From positions 147,684,001-147,748,000 of the forward strand of contig OZ024740.1 in NCBI GenBank assembly GCA_964016885.1: a stretch of DNA of 64,000 nucleotides, written 5' to 3'. The notes below the pieces were generated by a model. That model was not told the origin of the DNA. It worked only from the letters and a program-made list of their open reading frames with translations, and searched no databases. The stretch comes from Eledone cirrhosa. Taxonomy: Eukaryota. Position numbers and translations under genes: made by a program. Numbering within the stretch: position 1 is the stretch's first letter; the number at the start of each line of letters is the position of its first letter. Positions 39,481-54,126 of this stretch are shown in pieces.

Positions 39481-40574
39481 TATATATATACTTATATGTA
39501 TATTGGCTGTGGCACTAAGATAGCATTAATAATAATAGAACATTTGCTGGAGATGTTCATTTGCATATAGCAAATATGAAACAACAGCTGGAAAGACTCA
39601 TTTGCATAGTGTGCAAACTTGGCTGGTTATAATTAATTGTCAGTAGCACTAAGATAGCTTTAGACATAATAGGGTTGTATATGAAACATATTCAATATGT
39701 TTATATACGATAAACATGAGAGCCTCACTGTAAAAGAAAACATTCTTTCGTTATGAAAAAATTAGTTTTCTCTTTTGCTCTGTGTACATGTCACAGGTAT
39801 CTTAGTAACCGTTGAGAATACCATCTTTTATCAGTGACGTTCATTGAACAGATACTGAGATGAAAATATATTAGATCTTAATCTGACGATGCTCATGCGT
39901 AGGTGTGTATATGTGCGTTGGTTGGGTGTGCATTTGTGCGTATGTATGTTATAGGTTGCGTTAGGATTGTGGAGGTGCGTCAAGATATGTGAGGTTTGCT
40001 TTGTGTGGTTGTTTGAATCAGTCATAGGAGTAGTGAATAACTCGTGTGTGAGTAGATTAGTGTACACGTGTATGTGCGTTTGTCAGGTATATGGGTATCT
40101 AGTGTGGGTGTTTTATGTGTGTTATTTCGGAGTACAGATTTGCAACCTCTACAAACCCAAACGGGGAGTACCATGAAAAAATGTGTCCCAAAATGGGGAG
40201 ATTTTACATAATGAAAGCTATAACCATTTTCACAAGAAAAGACGTCTCACCCACACTAAAGTGGGTGGGAGATCTGACAGTTCTGGGAGCATGTGTGCAT
40301 GTTTATGTATGTGAAATTGTACAATGTTATATTCTGGAGAAAAAGAGCGTCGAAGTAGGCTTTATAAATGCTGTAAAAATAATTACTTGGGCACTGAAAT
40401 ATTTGGGATAGGTGATGATGATGACACTACGGGATAGGTGATAATGATAATGCTACAAGAAAGATCTTTCAATGTCAACATCATACACTCTTACACTTGA
40501 ACACAATAATAATCAAATAGAAGAAATCAACTTATACATTCAAAATGTAATAAAACACGCCCAAACTACTACAA

Positions 40575-40750
40575 TTACCCCTGGCAGTGGAGACTGCTGG
40601 TGTCCTCGGCCCTAGGGCTAATTCCCAACTCACCACCATAGGCGCTGAGCTGGCCAGCTCAGGTGTGAGCCCCGCGAGTTGGAGTGGCTTTTCCAGCGCG
40701 ATTCCCTTGCCGTCCTCCGGGGAAACGCCTTCTCCATCCTGTCCGCCGAG
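40575..40750 (+). mobile_element. CRE-like non-LTR retrotransposon, extreme 3' fragment
   Basis: PLAVETAGVLGPRA..; after a frameshift, RELEWLFQRDSLAVLRGNAFSIL. Confidence 0.65.
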
Positions 40751-41089
40751 GCTATGTGTGTGTGTGGGGGGGGGGGCATCGCGGTATCATTCCATATTTA
40801 AGTATGTGCACTATCATATATTTCAATGTTAAGTTATAATGAGTGCATGCAAATATACATTGCCAACCTCTTATACACACGGACGTAAATACAAAACGAA
40901 TATCACCTTGACAGACCAGTCTGTCAGGCGTCCATTCGGCGTCGCTGGTCACAGCAGGCCGTCCAATCCTCTGTGGATCGTGCTTTCCTCATCCATGTAG
41001 TCCCAATCGTATTCCTAAAATCATAACTCCACCTTCGTGGAGGCTGGTAACGGCTCAAAGAGCCATGGAGAGATCAATGCTAGGAATCT

Positions 41090-41212
41090 CGTTGAGAGAG
41101 CACATCAGGAATACATGCGCAGCAAGTTGAGATGGGCTGGTCACGTCGCCCGGTTCACCGATAATCGGTGGACCCGCACAGTTGCCAACTGGTACCAGCG
41201 CGAGCGGAAACA
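41090..41212 (+). mobile_element. RTE fragment
   Basis: KLRWAGHVARFTDNRWTRTVANW. Confidence 0.7.
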
Positions 41213-41299
41213 AAACGAATATATACACATATATACACATATACACATATATATATTGCAAATACAAATATCAAAGAATGACCAGCTGATACATTTTTT

Positions 41300-42680
41300 T
41301 CTTTTCAAAGGAACAATTTAATAGTCATACAAACTCTATTTCATTAATGATCAACATAATCAACAAAATCACTCACGTGGACGAATCCACGTGAAGTAAC
41401 ACAAAATAAGATAGCCATATTGGTAAACCATCCGTTTAGAAGCTGTGTGCAGGTATCAATTCAGACCATAATTCAAAGCTAAAATCAAACTAAAGAAAAT
41501 GGAAATAGCTAAAAGATAAGAACAATTAAATTTAAACATGCTAAAACAAACAGAATAAAATAGAATTACACGTATAATGTAAAATTCGCAAGATGTGTTA
41601 ATATTTATGCATTGAAGACGAAATACAGGAATTATATGATAAATGTTTCTAATTTTGGCACAAGGCCAGCAATTATCCAGTACATTACTGGTACTTTATT
41701 TTATCGACCCCGTAAGGATGAAAGGCAAAGTTAACCTCGGCGGAATTTGAACTCAGATCATAAAGGGACGTAACTCTATGCTTCATTATATGATAATATA
41801 AACTAAACAGAAGAAGAAATTGAACACATAACGTGCATGCAAAGATCACTAAAAACAAAAAATAAAATATAGATTGAAAAGAAAGGAAAAGAAGAAAAAG
41901 TGAATTACTGATGAAATTTAATCTAGAATAGAAGATTCAAAGAAAGAGATCTATTTTATATGAAGAGATCCATTCTATTGTGAACGTAGAGAAACAGAAA
42001 ACAAATGATGACAGATGATCAATGCCAACAAATTGAACATTTAAAACCCAACGTAAATTCAGATAAATGTAAAAAATAAATATAAATAAATAATGAGATA
42101 ACAAACAGCATTAGTAAATAAAGTAGAAAAGAAGAAACATGCGGTTTACCAGTCGGTTGAATACATTATAGAACGGTACAATAATAAGAACAGATGAAAT
42201 ATGTAGAATTTCGTAGCAGATAAATAAAAACAAAATATTAAAAGAAGTGTGGAAAACAATAAAACAAATGAAAGATGTAAAGGCATGTGGAGTGGATGAA
42301 ATGCTAGCAGAAGTATTAAAAAATATTAGATAGCCACAATTTAGATCTAAGAATAGACATATATAATGTAATAAATGAGAATGGACACATACCAACCTGG
42401 ATGAAAGAACTCGTTTTGTTCCATTACCAAAGAAAACAAAGATTTTACTATCATAAGCATAATTAATCGCGTGACTAAACTAATACGAGAAATCATCCAA
42501 CAAAGAATTACATATGTCATCTGCAGAGTACTTTTAGACCCGGAATGGGGAAGAATTTAACCCACGGACTCTAGATAAAACAATATTTATGTATTACAGA
42601 GAATACAAAATCATTTGGTAGAGTAAAATATGCAAACATCATCGAATGCCTATCAGAATTCGGGATAAAAATAAAAAGCT
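41300..42680 (+). mobile_element. Decayed RTE-like LINE (APE end and RT start), interrupted by a SINE at 41645-41782
   Basis: GINSDHN at about 41452-41472; KACGVDEMLAEVLK at about 42280; FVPLPKK at about 42415. Confidence 0.55.
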
Positions 42681-42687
42681 CTAAATA

Positions 42688-43476
42688 ATTTTCTATTTTA
42701 GGCACAAGGCCAGCAATAACCCAGTACATTACTGGTACTTTATTTTATCGACCCCGTAAGGATGAAAGGCAAAGTTAACCTCGGCCGGATTTGAACTCAG
42801 ATTGTAAAGGGACGTAACTATGCCTGGAAACCATGTCCGACCCTCTACCGATACTGCCACTAAATAATTGTTTCTACTTTTGGCACAAGGCCAGCAATTT
42901 TCCAGTGTATTACTGGTACTTTATTTTATCGACCGCGTAAGGATGAAAGGCAAAGTTAACCTCGGCGGGATTTGAACTCAGAATGGCAAGGGCCGTAACT
43001 CTATGCGTCAAAAGCATGGCGTCCGACCCTCTACCGATACTGCCAATTCACCGCCACTAAATAATTGTTTCTTGTTAGGCACAAGGCCAGCAATTACCCA
43101 GTGCATTACTGGTACTTTATTTTATCGACCCCGTACGGATGAAAGGCAAAGTTAACCTCGCCTTTGCCTTTCATCCTTACGGGGTCGATAAAATAAAGTA
43201 CCAGTAATGTACTGGGTAATTGCTGGCTTATGCCAAAAGTAGAAACAATTATTATTATTAAAAGGGTGGTGGATTGGCAGAATCGGCAGAGCATCGGCCA
43301 CCATGGTTCGCAGCATGGAGTTATGTCTCTTTACGGTCTGAGGTAAAATCCCGCCGAGGTTAGCTTTGCCTTTCATCCTTACAGGGTCGATAAATAAAGC
43401 ACCAGTAATGCACTGGAGGTCGATTTAATCGACTTTCCTCTTCCCTTCAAATTGCTGGCCTTGTGCCTAAATCAAA
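42688..43476. mobile_element. Cluster of 5 Meta-like SINE copies including a fold-back at 43080-43245
   Basis: Repeated ggcacaaggccagcaa..gtactttattttatcgaccccgtaaggatgaaaggcaaagttaacctcggc and its reverse complement. Confidence 0.85.
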
Positions 43477-43759
43477 AACTATTATTATTATTATTGGCGA
43501 ATGACGTGTGTAGGTGTGTAATTGTGAGCCCCAGAAAGTTGTTGTTTTAAGTTAAGTTATTTCGACCGTTATTTATTAAATTATTTTTGTTTCAATAGGG
43601 ACATAAGGCATGTATTTACCCTCAAGAGAGGAGACCCCATAATATATGGGCCGAATGTTCAAATATTTGAACTTTATTTTCGCCTTCACGCCAACAAGAG
43701 TTTTAAAAAATTGAAGAGATATTCACTCAGAGCTTAATTAAGATGTCGAAGTATTTTCA

Positions 43760-44660
43760 TGAAATAAATCAAAACTGGGAGAGAAATATTTAATGTAATT
43801 TGTCGAAGATATGTTTTCACAAAGGCAACGCATGTCGGATTATTTGTGGCAATTCCCTATTAACTCAATGAATGAAGAAATAAATTCTTTGTTACAGAGT
43901 GGACTCTTACAATATTCATTAGAAAAATCTGGAACAATCCTACAGACCTCATGTATGACTTTTACAGTAGACAAAAACAACTACAAATACCAAAGGAAAA
44001 GATACATTTACATACATATATGCACGTTTATTGTAAGTAAGCAACGGTAACATTGGATAATGTAGTCTTATATAGGCTTAAAGGGACAAGATGGTCACGG
44101 GTAGAATCCCTTTTGATTTTATCTCTAAACAACACCACAACGTTGTGTGTTGATAAAACCATTGGATTAACCCCTCTGCGTTTAATACTAACTGATCAAT
44201 ATATGTGTGCTTTACCCTACCGGGAGAAGTACTGTGACCAACTGGACAAATTAAACTTAGCTAACCACCTGAAGTGCCCAGCTCTTGCTAATCATAAAGG
44301 CATTGTCTATCATTACAATGCAAGAACACACTCATTTGCAGACGTGGTTGAAGTTAAAGGGGCTTGGATGGGAAGTTTTGCCACACTCTCCATGTTCGCC
44401 TGACCTTGCACTTTCAGATTTTCACCTGTTTTAGTCACAGAATTCATTGAATGGACAGACGTTCAAATCTGAAGAGGATATACAAATTCACCGGGAAACG
44501 TTTCTTGCCAGTAAAGACATAAAGCTCTTTGAGCAGGGAATAATTGATCTGCCCACAAGATCGCAGAAGATACTGGAAACAAACGGTATCATTGATTCAA
44601 TAAATCACTTTGTGATTAAAACTTGCCTTATCTTCGTTTAAAAAACCGAAAGAATTTTTA
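43760..44660 (+). pseudogene. Mariner-type transposase relic
   Basis: KYCDQLDKL..PALANHKGIVYHYNARTH, GWEVLPHSPCSPDLALSDFHLF (YSPDLAPSD motif), LNGQTF..FEQGIIDLPTR. Confidence 0.85.
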
Positions 44661-46154
44661 ATAGCTCAAACCTTTTTGGGGGGTGGAGGGTGGGGGTGGG
44701 GGTGTACCTAAGTAGAATCGCAGTGTGGCATAACAACTTTTTGTACGGGACTGGCTCATTGCAGCCCGGGATAGCCGAAGAACGCAAAGACTTACACATC
44801 TCTACTCCTAGTAGAAATTGTTACTCGGAATTGAAAGAACTCAGGAAACACATCTCTGCATCTGATAGAAAGTAATTACACCAACTATTAATTGCAGAAC
44901 AATTAGGCGATCGAAATTGCTGCGTATGACGAGACCGTTGTTGGTTGGATGCATGTTAGAAAATATTTTGAAGCAATAATTATTTTGAAAAATTCTCATC
45001 AAACATCCAGCTCATCCTCACTTCTGTTTCTAAGGAAATGATTATTCGACATCTCATCTCTTTAGGTGGGGAATATAGTGGTATTGTCACTATGCGGCAC
45101 TTCGGTGGAACAGTAACTTCACGAAACCACGATACCGACGGTTAACGAGACCCTAATAACAGTACTCAAAGCCAGCATCGTACACTTATTGAACCTGGTT
45201 TGCCGAGTTAAAGGTGAACATGGATATGATTGGATTCGATGTTCATTACACGGTCAATCTCATTTTTAACCAGGCATGCGTCCCACCGCAGATGCAATGT
45301 TTCACGAGGATATGCTGGTCCTGCATATCGGTATTACTGGAAGGTTGGTGAAAATAACGAGCATGGTACTCCTCTCTGCTCTTAGTCCACGACTACACAT
45401 CCCCAAAATTACGGTGACAACACGACACCAAGACATTAAGATGACTAACACTTCTGGTAGCAATGTAAATCATATCAGTACGGATTTTCGTCGGCATTTC
45501 AGCCTAGCAGTTGACTTTCGAAAACGAAAACACATTTAATCCGACCCAGTATTTGGTGGTAGGTTATGTATCGACTTCATTTTCATTCACACTAACTGTC
45601 GAACAGCCTAAAATCCATTCCATTTCAGATTACCTTTTGGATGGATTCCCAGAGACTACCCCACTCCACCCCATGGTAATAAAATTGACACATCAAGTTC
45701 GATGTTTACCAACAGATTGAAATAAAAGGAACCCAAATAACTATTCAATAACTTGTTTGTGGTGAGTAGAAACTTATTCTCTAGCCCTGCATTGTCAAGC
45801 CATTGGATGGTTGTTGTACATCAACTATTCAAATGGTTCCGAAGCCTGTGGCGTTCAGTTAAAGATGTTTGAATGTGCTGAGTCAGTGGCAGTGCATGAG
45901 ATGGTTTGAAGGAATCATACGAATTACTAAATAAATCTCCAGTGTCCTTTGATATGGCGTGTGATTGAATATGGGAGCCTTCTCCCACTTTTTTAATTTT
46001 ATTTATTTTTTCACTTTCTTTTATATAGAATTTTTATATAAATAGTATTTATATACTTATAGATTTTGTTTATCAAGGAAAGAATCAGTATCCTATGCTT
46101 CACATTCCTGATTTTACAGTGAATTCTAAGGTGAAACAAATTTTTCCCAAGATT

Positions 46155-47127
46155 GACTGGTACTTTATTTTACGGGGTCGATAAAATAAAGTACCAGTCA
46201 CACACAGGGTCGATTTAATCGACTTTCACCTCCTCCAAAATTGCTGGCCTTGTGCCTATAGCAGAAACCATTATTATTTTTTTTTTTAATAACTTGATCA
46301 TCCTTTTCAATAAACCTTTTCTGGGTGATAGAGGGGTAAGTTGTGTGAGTTAAAGAAAGATATATCACTTTCATCATTTCCTTTTATATGACGGATTTGG
46401 CGTTGAAAGTTCTTCTTATGTGACAATAAGCAAAATATTGTCTGCAAGGCAATGGTTTAGGCCGATTTCCAGGTGAAACGGACAAACAGCAGCGTTAGGA
46501 GGGATTAAATTTGGGTGAATAATGTTCAATCGTGCTAAAAGGACGCCTGCGCCACCTAAGTTGTATAAGTCATTCAGTACAGAAGACGTTTCTTCGACAG
46601 CTTTGTCTAACACTATGTCTGTCTTTCTTTTTATTCTTCAACCACTTTCCTTTGTAGAGGGCTTTTTTTTTAAGTGTCCAGCTCTATACACACTTTTTTA
46701 CTACCTTCATTCTGCTTCTTCTTCTTCTTGCTAGTGTTATTATCAAAATATTAATGGTAAATTTAACTGATAGCTTTTAGTAAATGATTACTGCCGTTGT
46801 TGTTGATGATGATGATGGTAACGTTGAGATGATTTCTATAATGATAAAAGTAATTTAGGAAGTAGAATCGCTGGGTTTAATCGACATAACTACTTGACTA
46901 TATATTTATATATATATTAACCTCTTATATAGGCACAAGGCCAGCAATATTGAGGGAAGGGAAAGTCGATTAAATCGACCCCAGTGCGTGACTGGTACTT
47001 TATTTTATCGACCCCATAAGGATGAAAGGCAAAGCTAACCTCGGCGGGATTTGAACTCAGATCATAAAGTGCCGTAACTCTATGCTGCAAAGCATGGCGT
47101 CCGACCCTCTACCAATACTGCCAATCC
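46155..47127. mobile_element. Two Meta-like SINE pieces (46155-46270 plus with fold-back; 46930-47127 minus)
   Basis: Same diagnostic motifs as the other copies. Confidence 0.75.
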
Positions 47128-47211
47128 TATTAATCTTATTCTTCAACCACTTTCATCTGTATTGGGCTTTTTTTTAAATGTCCAGCTCTATCCACACTTT
47201 TTTTTACTACC

Positions 47212-47303
47212 TTCGTTCTTCTTCTTCTTCTTCTTCTTCTTCTTCTTCTTCTTCTTCTTCTTCTTCTTCTTCTTCTTCTTCTTCTTCTTCTTCTTCTTCT
47301 TCT
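47212..47303. repeat. (TTC)n microsatellite, possibly the tail of a minus-strand retroelement at 47304-47850
   Basis: Direct sequence. Confidence 0.9.
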
Positions 47304-49319
47304 TTATCCAAATGATCCGACTGTATCCTCAAGCGAGACATGGCAGTTGGCTTTACTTGTAAAATCTCCGTTGAAGAGAAAAGTACTTGTCTTCATCCCT
47401 TTCAAACGAGTCCACCGCAACAACTTCTTTCGCCAGGGCCACCGGGCAGGAAAAAAAACTACCCTTCCTAGCTAAAGGAAGGTGGCTGGGTGATCTTCAT
47501 GGTGGATTCAAGCAATAGCCGGATCCACCCTACACGTCTACGAGGACAGCTGTTACGAGCCAAGGAATGGCTATTGTAGGTGGCACCTGGATTATTGTGA
47601 CCATCACCAACTTCTGAGTGTTGCTAGTGGGTCGAATTTTGTAGCGAAATCTGTCCACACCTTGACCCCTAGGGGACATTTAACGGTCAAATTCTGGGTT
47701 ACCTCCTTTTTGGCGTAAACAAGTCTATGCGTGGGCGATCTCTCGAGGTTGCCCCTGTGGTTCTCAAGGCAGCGGACAGAGGAAGCGACAGATATAAATA
47801 GCCTGCGTTAGACCGAGCAAAAGGCAGTTCCTGATAGAGTAACGATGTAAAACATTTGCTTTCTACAGACCCCTTGGGGTCTACAGACTATTACTCTCTC
47901 TCCGGGTCTTACAGACTCTCACCTTCTCTTGTCACTGATCTTTGACTACTACTTTGCTGCTACGACTAACGAACGATATCTTGCCACTCTCTATTTCAGC
48001 ATAACGAAATAATAGCAGAAAACATCGTCAACCTTTATGATTTGTAGTAATCTTATTCTTTTTTCTTTTATTAACTGAAGTGAAGTAAATTTTATATTTA
48101 ATGAAACCATTTAATTTGTCATGTTATTCCACCTCTAACAACACTTACTAACTTCGCTTCGCTTCAATTTGGCTTCCTGGGCTAGCCAACATGATATCCA
48201 CAGATCCAAATATTTTGTCTCGGGCAATATGTGTTTTATATGCCCACATGCACCTCAAGGCTTTTTGTATTTGGGTCTCGGTAGCCCAGTCTACGCAACA
48301 TGAATTAGCTCCAATTGCACGATATGTGAACGTACTATGGAGTTGGTTTTCCATGAAGTCGAATCGAAGTTTGGGGCTTACCTTGTGATTCCTCTATTGT
48401 ACCATCTTTGGTGCCTGAGTTCTTCCTCTCTCAAAATTATTTGTCCTAAATATTGACTGAGATTTTTTTGTGTTGCTAGCAGGTGCTTCATTTTGCTTTA
48501 AAACCATGTTGTTTGCGAGTTGGTTGATCAGCTTTGTTGGTCGGCTGGCTTGGAGAGGCCAGCACGTGGGACCCCATTTGCTCGTCATACGGAGAGATGG
48601 GGAGGGCGAGAGAGATGGAGGCGATGACAGTGGGAGTTCGGACCATATCTTTGTGGTGTATTCATCAAGCCCTAGTTCAGTAATGGGATTGAGTTAATCC
48701 TAATTGGTTGTTTATGTGAAATATTTCAAATACATCTCTCTCTGTATTTCTTTTTCTCACAGCGTCACTTTTTTTCGCCTTCAGGCATCCTCATCCTGTT
48801 ATCTGGCTTGTAGCTGGATGAACGGTTGACTGTTCGTTTTGTTGATGAACGGTTGACTGTTTGTTTTGTTGTTGTCGATAGTGGTGGTGGAGGGAGGGGG
48901 CATTGTTTACCTTTCGACTCTGGCTCCTGTCTCAGTCGTTGCCGACAATATAATTCATGGATATGGCAGATGATTTGTTTTTGTCCTTGTGGCTACCTTC
49001 TGTAGCCATGATGATTGTGTTGTGTTTTCGTTGATATTGTTGTTACTCTCTGAGTTGTTGCTCCCGTTGATGTTGTTATTGTTGTTGCTGTTACCGTTTT
49101 TGTTTTTGCCATAGAAAATGGAATTGAAAATTTGTTATTATTATTTTACTTTGCCTTTCATCCTTACGGGGTCGATAAAATAAAGTACCAGTAATGCACT
49201 GGGTAATTGCTGGCCTTGTGCCTAAAGTAGAAACAATTATTTTTACTTGAGTTGTTGTTGATTTTGATTGTTGTTGCTGTTGTCGCAGCTGTTGCTGATG
49301 TTGTTGTTGTTGTCTTCGC

Positions 49320-49640
49320 TAGGCTACGTTCTTGATAATACAAGGCCAGACATAACTTCGGGGGAGAAAAATTCTGACAGAAGGTGTTTGTTGTTCGATG
49401 GAGCTTGCTCAGAAGATCATCATTGGTAAAGAACATGAGAAAATCGTAAGGTGTGCAGACTCTAGAATAGATGTTGAGAGAATGTGGGATATGAAAGCAA
49501 GTTTGGTACCAATAGTGATTGAAGCACTTGGGAACAGCAAATATCCCGCGGAAAGTACTGTCTATCTAAGGTTACATAACTTGATAAGGTGTCAATTAAA
49601 TGATCCAGTTTTAAAAAATCCTCACTGTGCAAATGAATAG
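49320..49640 (+). mobile_element. Second R4/Dong-type endonuclease fragment
   Basis: NTRPDIT..CLLFD.., KEHEKI..IDVERMWDMKASLVPIVIEALG; follows a (GTT)n-rich tract. Confidence 0.75.
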
Positions 49641-49645
49641 TAATG

Positions 49646-50121
49646 GTTTCTGATTTAGGCACAAGGCCAACAAGATTTTAATTTTATTTTTTTTGCGGAG
49701 GAGTCGATTAAATCGATTAAATCGACCCTTGTGCATTACTGGTACTTTATATTATTGACTTCGTAAAGATGAAAGGCAAAGCTAACCTTGGCGGGATTTT
49801 AACTCTGAACGTAAACGGCCGTAACTCTATGCCCCCGAAGTAGTGTATCCGAAGCCCTACCGATACTGCTAATCCACCGCCCTATTAATAATGATAATAA
49901 TAATTGTTCTACTTTAAGCACAAGGCCAACAACTTGAAGGGGAGGAGAGAAAGTCGATAAAATCGACTCCAGTGCATTATTGGTACTTTATTTAATCGAC
50001 CCCGTAAAGATGAAAGGCAAAGCTAACATCGGTGGGATTTTAACTCAGAACGTAAACGGCCGTAACTCTATGCTACAAAGCATGTTGTCCGAGGCCCTAC
50101 TGATACTGCCAATCCACCTCC
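49646..50121 (-). mobile_element. Two tandem Meta-like SINEs
   Basis: Diagnostic motifs at 49646-49882 and 49905-50121. Confidence 0.8.
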
Positions 50122-50344
50122 CTTTTTACTACTATTTTCTCCGAATTTCGGAGAGTAGTTCTCCTCACTTACCTGTGTATCTCAATGAGTTGTGAATATT
50201 GTGGGAGAATTGTAACATCCGATATTTGTGTCTTTTGTACCAGTTGAGTGAAATAGATGATTGTATTGGATATTCTCTGATGTTGTTTGTAATAAAAAAA
50301 AGACAATGGATTAGCTAGGTGCTACTAGAAATATGCCATTTTTT

Positions 50345-50900
50345 TTTCAAAGCAATCAACGGCAGTGATATCAAGAAAGTCGAGGATTTCAAGTTTTCAA
50401 GTCCTGGATCATGGACTCTGAGAAGGATTTCGCCACCAGAAAGGCCCAAGCATGGTCAGCTTGCAACAAGATGGATCGAGTTTGGCGCTCAAATCTTTCC
50501 AACCACACCAAAATCAGATTCTTCCATGTAACAATTCAACCAATCTTGCTATATGGAAGCGAAATATGGACGCTTTCATCCAAACAAAAAAAAATCGCCT
50601 TGATGGCACCTACACTCTCCTGCTTCAACGCATTCAGAACATAAGCTGGCGACACCTGACTTTGAGAGAGATATATGCCGGCCTCCCACACATATCTGTC
50701 ATTGGACGTAAAAGGAGAGTAAGATTTGCTGGCCATTGCCATCGTGCCATCTGTGAGACTGTGCCCCCATTAGTGCTTCCTATTCCGATGTCATCCTCAG
50801 AGATTCTGGTATTGAAATCCAAGACTTGGCAACGGCAATGAACGACAGACCCACGTGCAGATCAATTGTTGAGTCGATTTCAGCTGAGGCCGCCGATGGT
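50345..50900 (+). mobile_element. RTE LINE 3' fragment
   Basis: DSEKDFATRKAQAWSACNKM, LLYGSEIW, RRVRFAGHCHR. Confidence 0.85.
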
Positions 50901-51059
50901 GAGAAATATGCTGAGAGCCCTAGATTAACGATTATGCAAAATATCCATTGCTTAGGACCTCAATTAAAGAGGCGCCTCGTAGAGTATTTTTCCAGTACAA
51001 TATATTGGAGTTTGTTCCATATACAGTATATGGAGGTACCATAATCTTTTCAGTGCTTA

Positions 51060-51490
51060 GGGTCTCTAACGGTTTTAATTCGACCAAGTATGCTGTTGTG
51101 GGACCAAGTTTCTAGATGATTTATATACATATGGTTGGAATAATTATGTTACAATATCTGCAGAGCTATGGAAGGATATGAGTGTGATGCCATTTGCATA
51201 TGACTGTGTGTTTTGTGATGATGTTAAATGATCGTATATGTTGGAAAAATGAGTGAGAGAAGAGATCCTTGTGGTACTCCATTCTGAAAATTAAAGTTCT
51301 GAAAGCTTTATTCTTGTGCAACATATGCTTGGTGGTCTGGTAGATAATTTGATAGCCAGCATACTGTGTTGTTTCGTCAAGAGCAATGCTTTATTTTAAG
51401 AGTGAATTGCAGGAAACAGGGATGAAATTATTTCAGATGTTTTTAACAGAATACATGTGGGAAGTTTTGTGTTGTTAAAACCAGCATATA
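51060..51490 (-). mobile_element. Decayed LINE RT fragment
   Basis: Minus strand GVPQGSLL..IY..SYANGITL (degenerate YADD) at about 51180-51280. Confidence 0.55.
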
Positions 51491-51504
51491 TTTTCTATAA
51501 AAAA

Positions 51505-51950
51505 AAGATCCCCTTCGGCCACGAATGACCATGGGATTTGCACCTAGAAAGTTCCCCTCCGAAGCATAAGTCCGGGCAAGGTTGTTTGTGGAAGACCAGC
51601 AGTCGCCCATGCACACCAGCCTCCCCTCTCCACGCCATCGATGTTGTCCAGGGAAAGGCTATGGCCGATACAGCTTGACACCAGTGACATCACAACTCTT
51701 TCTACAGCTGAGGTGCGTGGCTTTGTGGTTAAAGTATTTAGCTCACAATCGTAAGGTTGTGAGTTCGATTACCGGTGGTGCGTTATGTCCTTGAGCAAGA
51801 CACTTTATTTCACGCTGATCCAGTCCACTCAATTGGCAAAAATGAGTTGTACCTGTAGATCGAAGGACCAGCCTTGTCACACAGTGTCACATTGAATCTC
51901 CGAGAACTATGTAAAGGGTACGCGTGTCTGTGGAGTGCTCAGCCACTTGT
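51505..51950. mobile_element. Octopod-type SINE pieces: 3' part on minus (51505-51690) and tRNA-headed SINE on plus (51711-51950)
   Basis: A box tggctttgtgg, B box gttcgattacc, then gtccttgagcaagacacttt. Confidence 0.7.
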
Positions 51951-54126
51951 GTTGTAATTTGGAGACGTTAATAATGTCAAGGATTAGACGTTTTAGTATT
52001 TTTGAGTGTGCATAGTTGTATGATGAGTCTGTATATTACTTCACTCAGGCTTTTATTGAGCTTATTTATAATACTTAGATTTTTCTTCATTTTTTGTTTG
52101 TTTTGTTGTGATGTATTTATTTATTTTATTGTTGTTGTTTGTTTTGTGTTGAGTTTGAGGCTACCTCTAGTTTTGTGATTTTTTTTAGTAATTTTGGTTA
52201 TATATTTTTATGCTGTCTTATGGAATATGTTTCCTTGCATATGTCTGTAATACTTTTGTTGAATGTTTATATTGCAGAGTCTATTGTGGTGTTGCTGAAT
52301 TCTGACTTATTTAATGAAACTTGTTCATTATGCTTTTCTGAACTCTGTAAAAAATAAATTATTGCTTTCTTCATTGATACGAGAATGTAATGTCATGGTA
52401 ATTGGTAAGAGGTAATTTGTTTTCCTTGGTGATGTACGTGCTCTATTTATATGCTCATGAATAATCTGTGATGGTCTTGCATGAAACAAGAAACAAAATA
52501 CTTTGAAAGGTATTTTGTTTCTTCTTTCATGTAAGACCATCACTTTCACAATTTTTCCATGATTGATGTTGTTTAGCTTCAGGTCAAGCATCTAAACATG
52601 TTGCAAGAATATGGTGTGTATAGGACTGCATTATCTAAAGTGTCATAACCCTATTTAGGACAGGTGTATATGATTTTGAAGTAGTTTTGGCTGTTATTTT
52701 TAACAGCTCGAGTGACCACGTAGCAGTACCCATCTTTAATCATATGGTCTCTTAATGTTCCAAAACATTTTCTTTTGACCAATGTTCTAGCCAAACCATC
52801 CTGTTTACTTTTCTGACATCCAATATATTCATCCATTTACAAACCAATGAAATTAACTACTTCGATCAGCCTGTTAACTTGTGAAAAAATGCTGTAAAAC
52901 ACTCCATTAAAATAAAGCTTTAATGCACATACACAGACAAGCCATTCTCCTTGACTATTTGACAACATGGACACAATGTAAATAGTGGGAATATGTGTGC
53001 ATGTGCACATATTCTGGTTCTCTTGATCTCTTGAATGTATTAAATCTCATTAGAAACACTCAAACAGATAAAATTTAGCTGCGCATGTAGTGGCAAGTAG
53101 AATTATAGAATGATTATCATTAGAACAGGTAAAATTGCCAGCTCCATCTATTCATTTCATTTTATGTAAATCTTGTAAGATTGTTTTTATTGTGCATTTA
53201 TCAGTTCTTTGTTCATTTTCAATTGACTGTAACTGTATCATCATTTTCTTTGTAGCAATTTTTTTTTTTTTTTTGAAGTTAATTCGAGTTTATATGGGAT
53301 TAATTCTATTCTGATAGTTGGAAAAACAAAGCTACAATCAGAACTCAAAATCAGTAGTGCAGGAGCTTACTTCTATTACATATTCTTCTTCTCCTGTATA
53401 TAAAATAAACTTCTTGTACACTATATTTGTAAAAACCAGAACATTCTATTAAAAGTTCTTTTCCATAGGCAAATAGAAAAAAAAGGGAGAGGAATAAGAA
53501 ATTTTAAAGAAAGTAATTTAATAAAAATAATTATATCTTGTTTTCAGATTTAAAAGATAAATTATTTAATCTTATGTATTTTAAAGCCAATTTTTATCAT
53601 CTCCTTTTCAAAAGATTAATTAAGTTTCAAGAGATTAATTTATTTGCTTCTCTTTCTGTTTATAATCTGATTGTTGTGTTATGTATATCAGGAAGCTAGT
53701 GTTAGTATACAAGATGAAGGCACTAATTATTTTAATATTTCAGAGTTATCATACTCATTGGCATTCCTCAGTGTCATGGATTTGATTCTCTGTGTTTGAA
53801 GATGGCAATATAAGACTATTTTTGATCAACTAGAACTGAAAATGGGAATATGGGAATTCAAATGGCTTCTCTTTCTGTCAGCATCCTCTTTACAGTTACT
53901 TTTAAAGAAGTCACATTCAACATAGTATTTTCTTCACGTGAATGGACAGTCAGATCTAGCAACTCTTTCCAAAGAACCAGCAATATTAAAGGTTCTGAAT
54001 GTTGCTTTAGTTGATATTTGTACTGTCAACTCAGAGTTCCTATTGGATATCTTACTTCTTATAATTCTCCCTACAAAAGTATCTTTGGTAATCAATGATC
54101 CAACAAAGCTAGCATGTCATAGATAG

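Noticed and set aside
48148-49112. Possible LINE ORF1 relic on the minus strand
   Set aside because: No diagnostic motif recognised; low-complexity sequence with stops.
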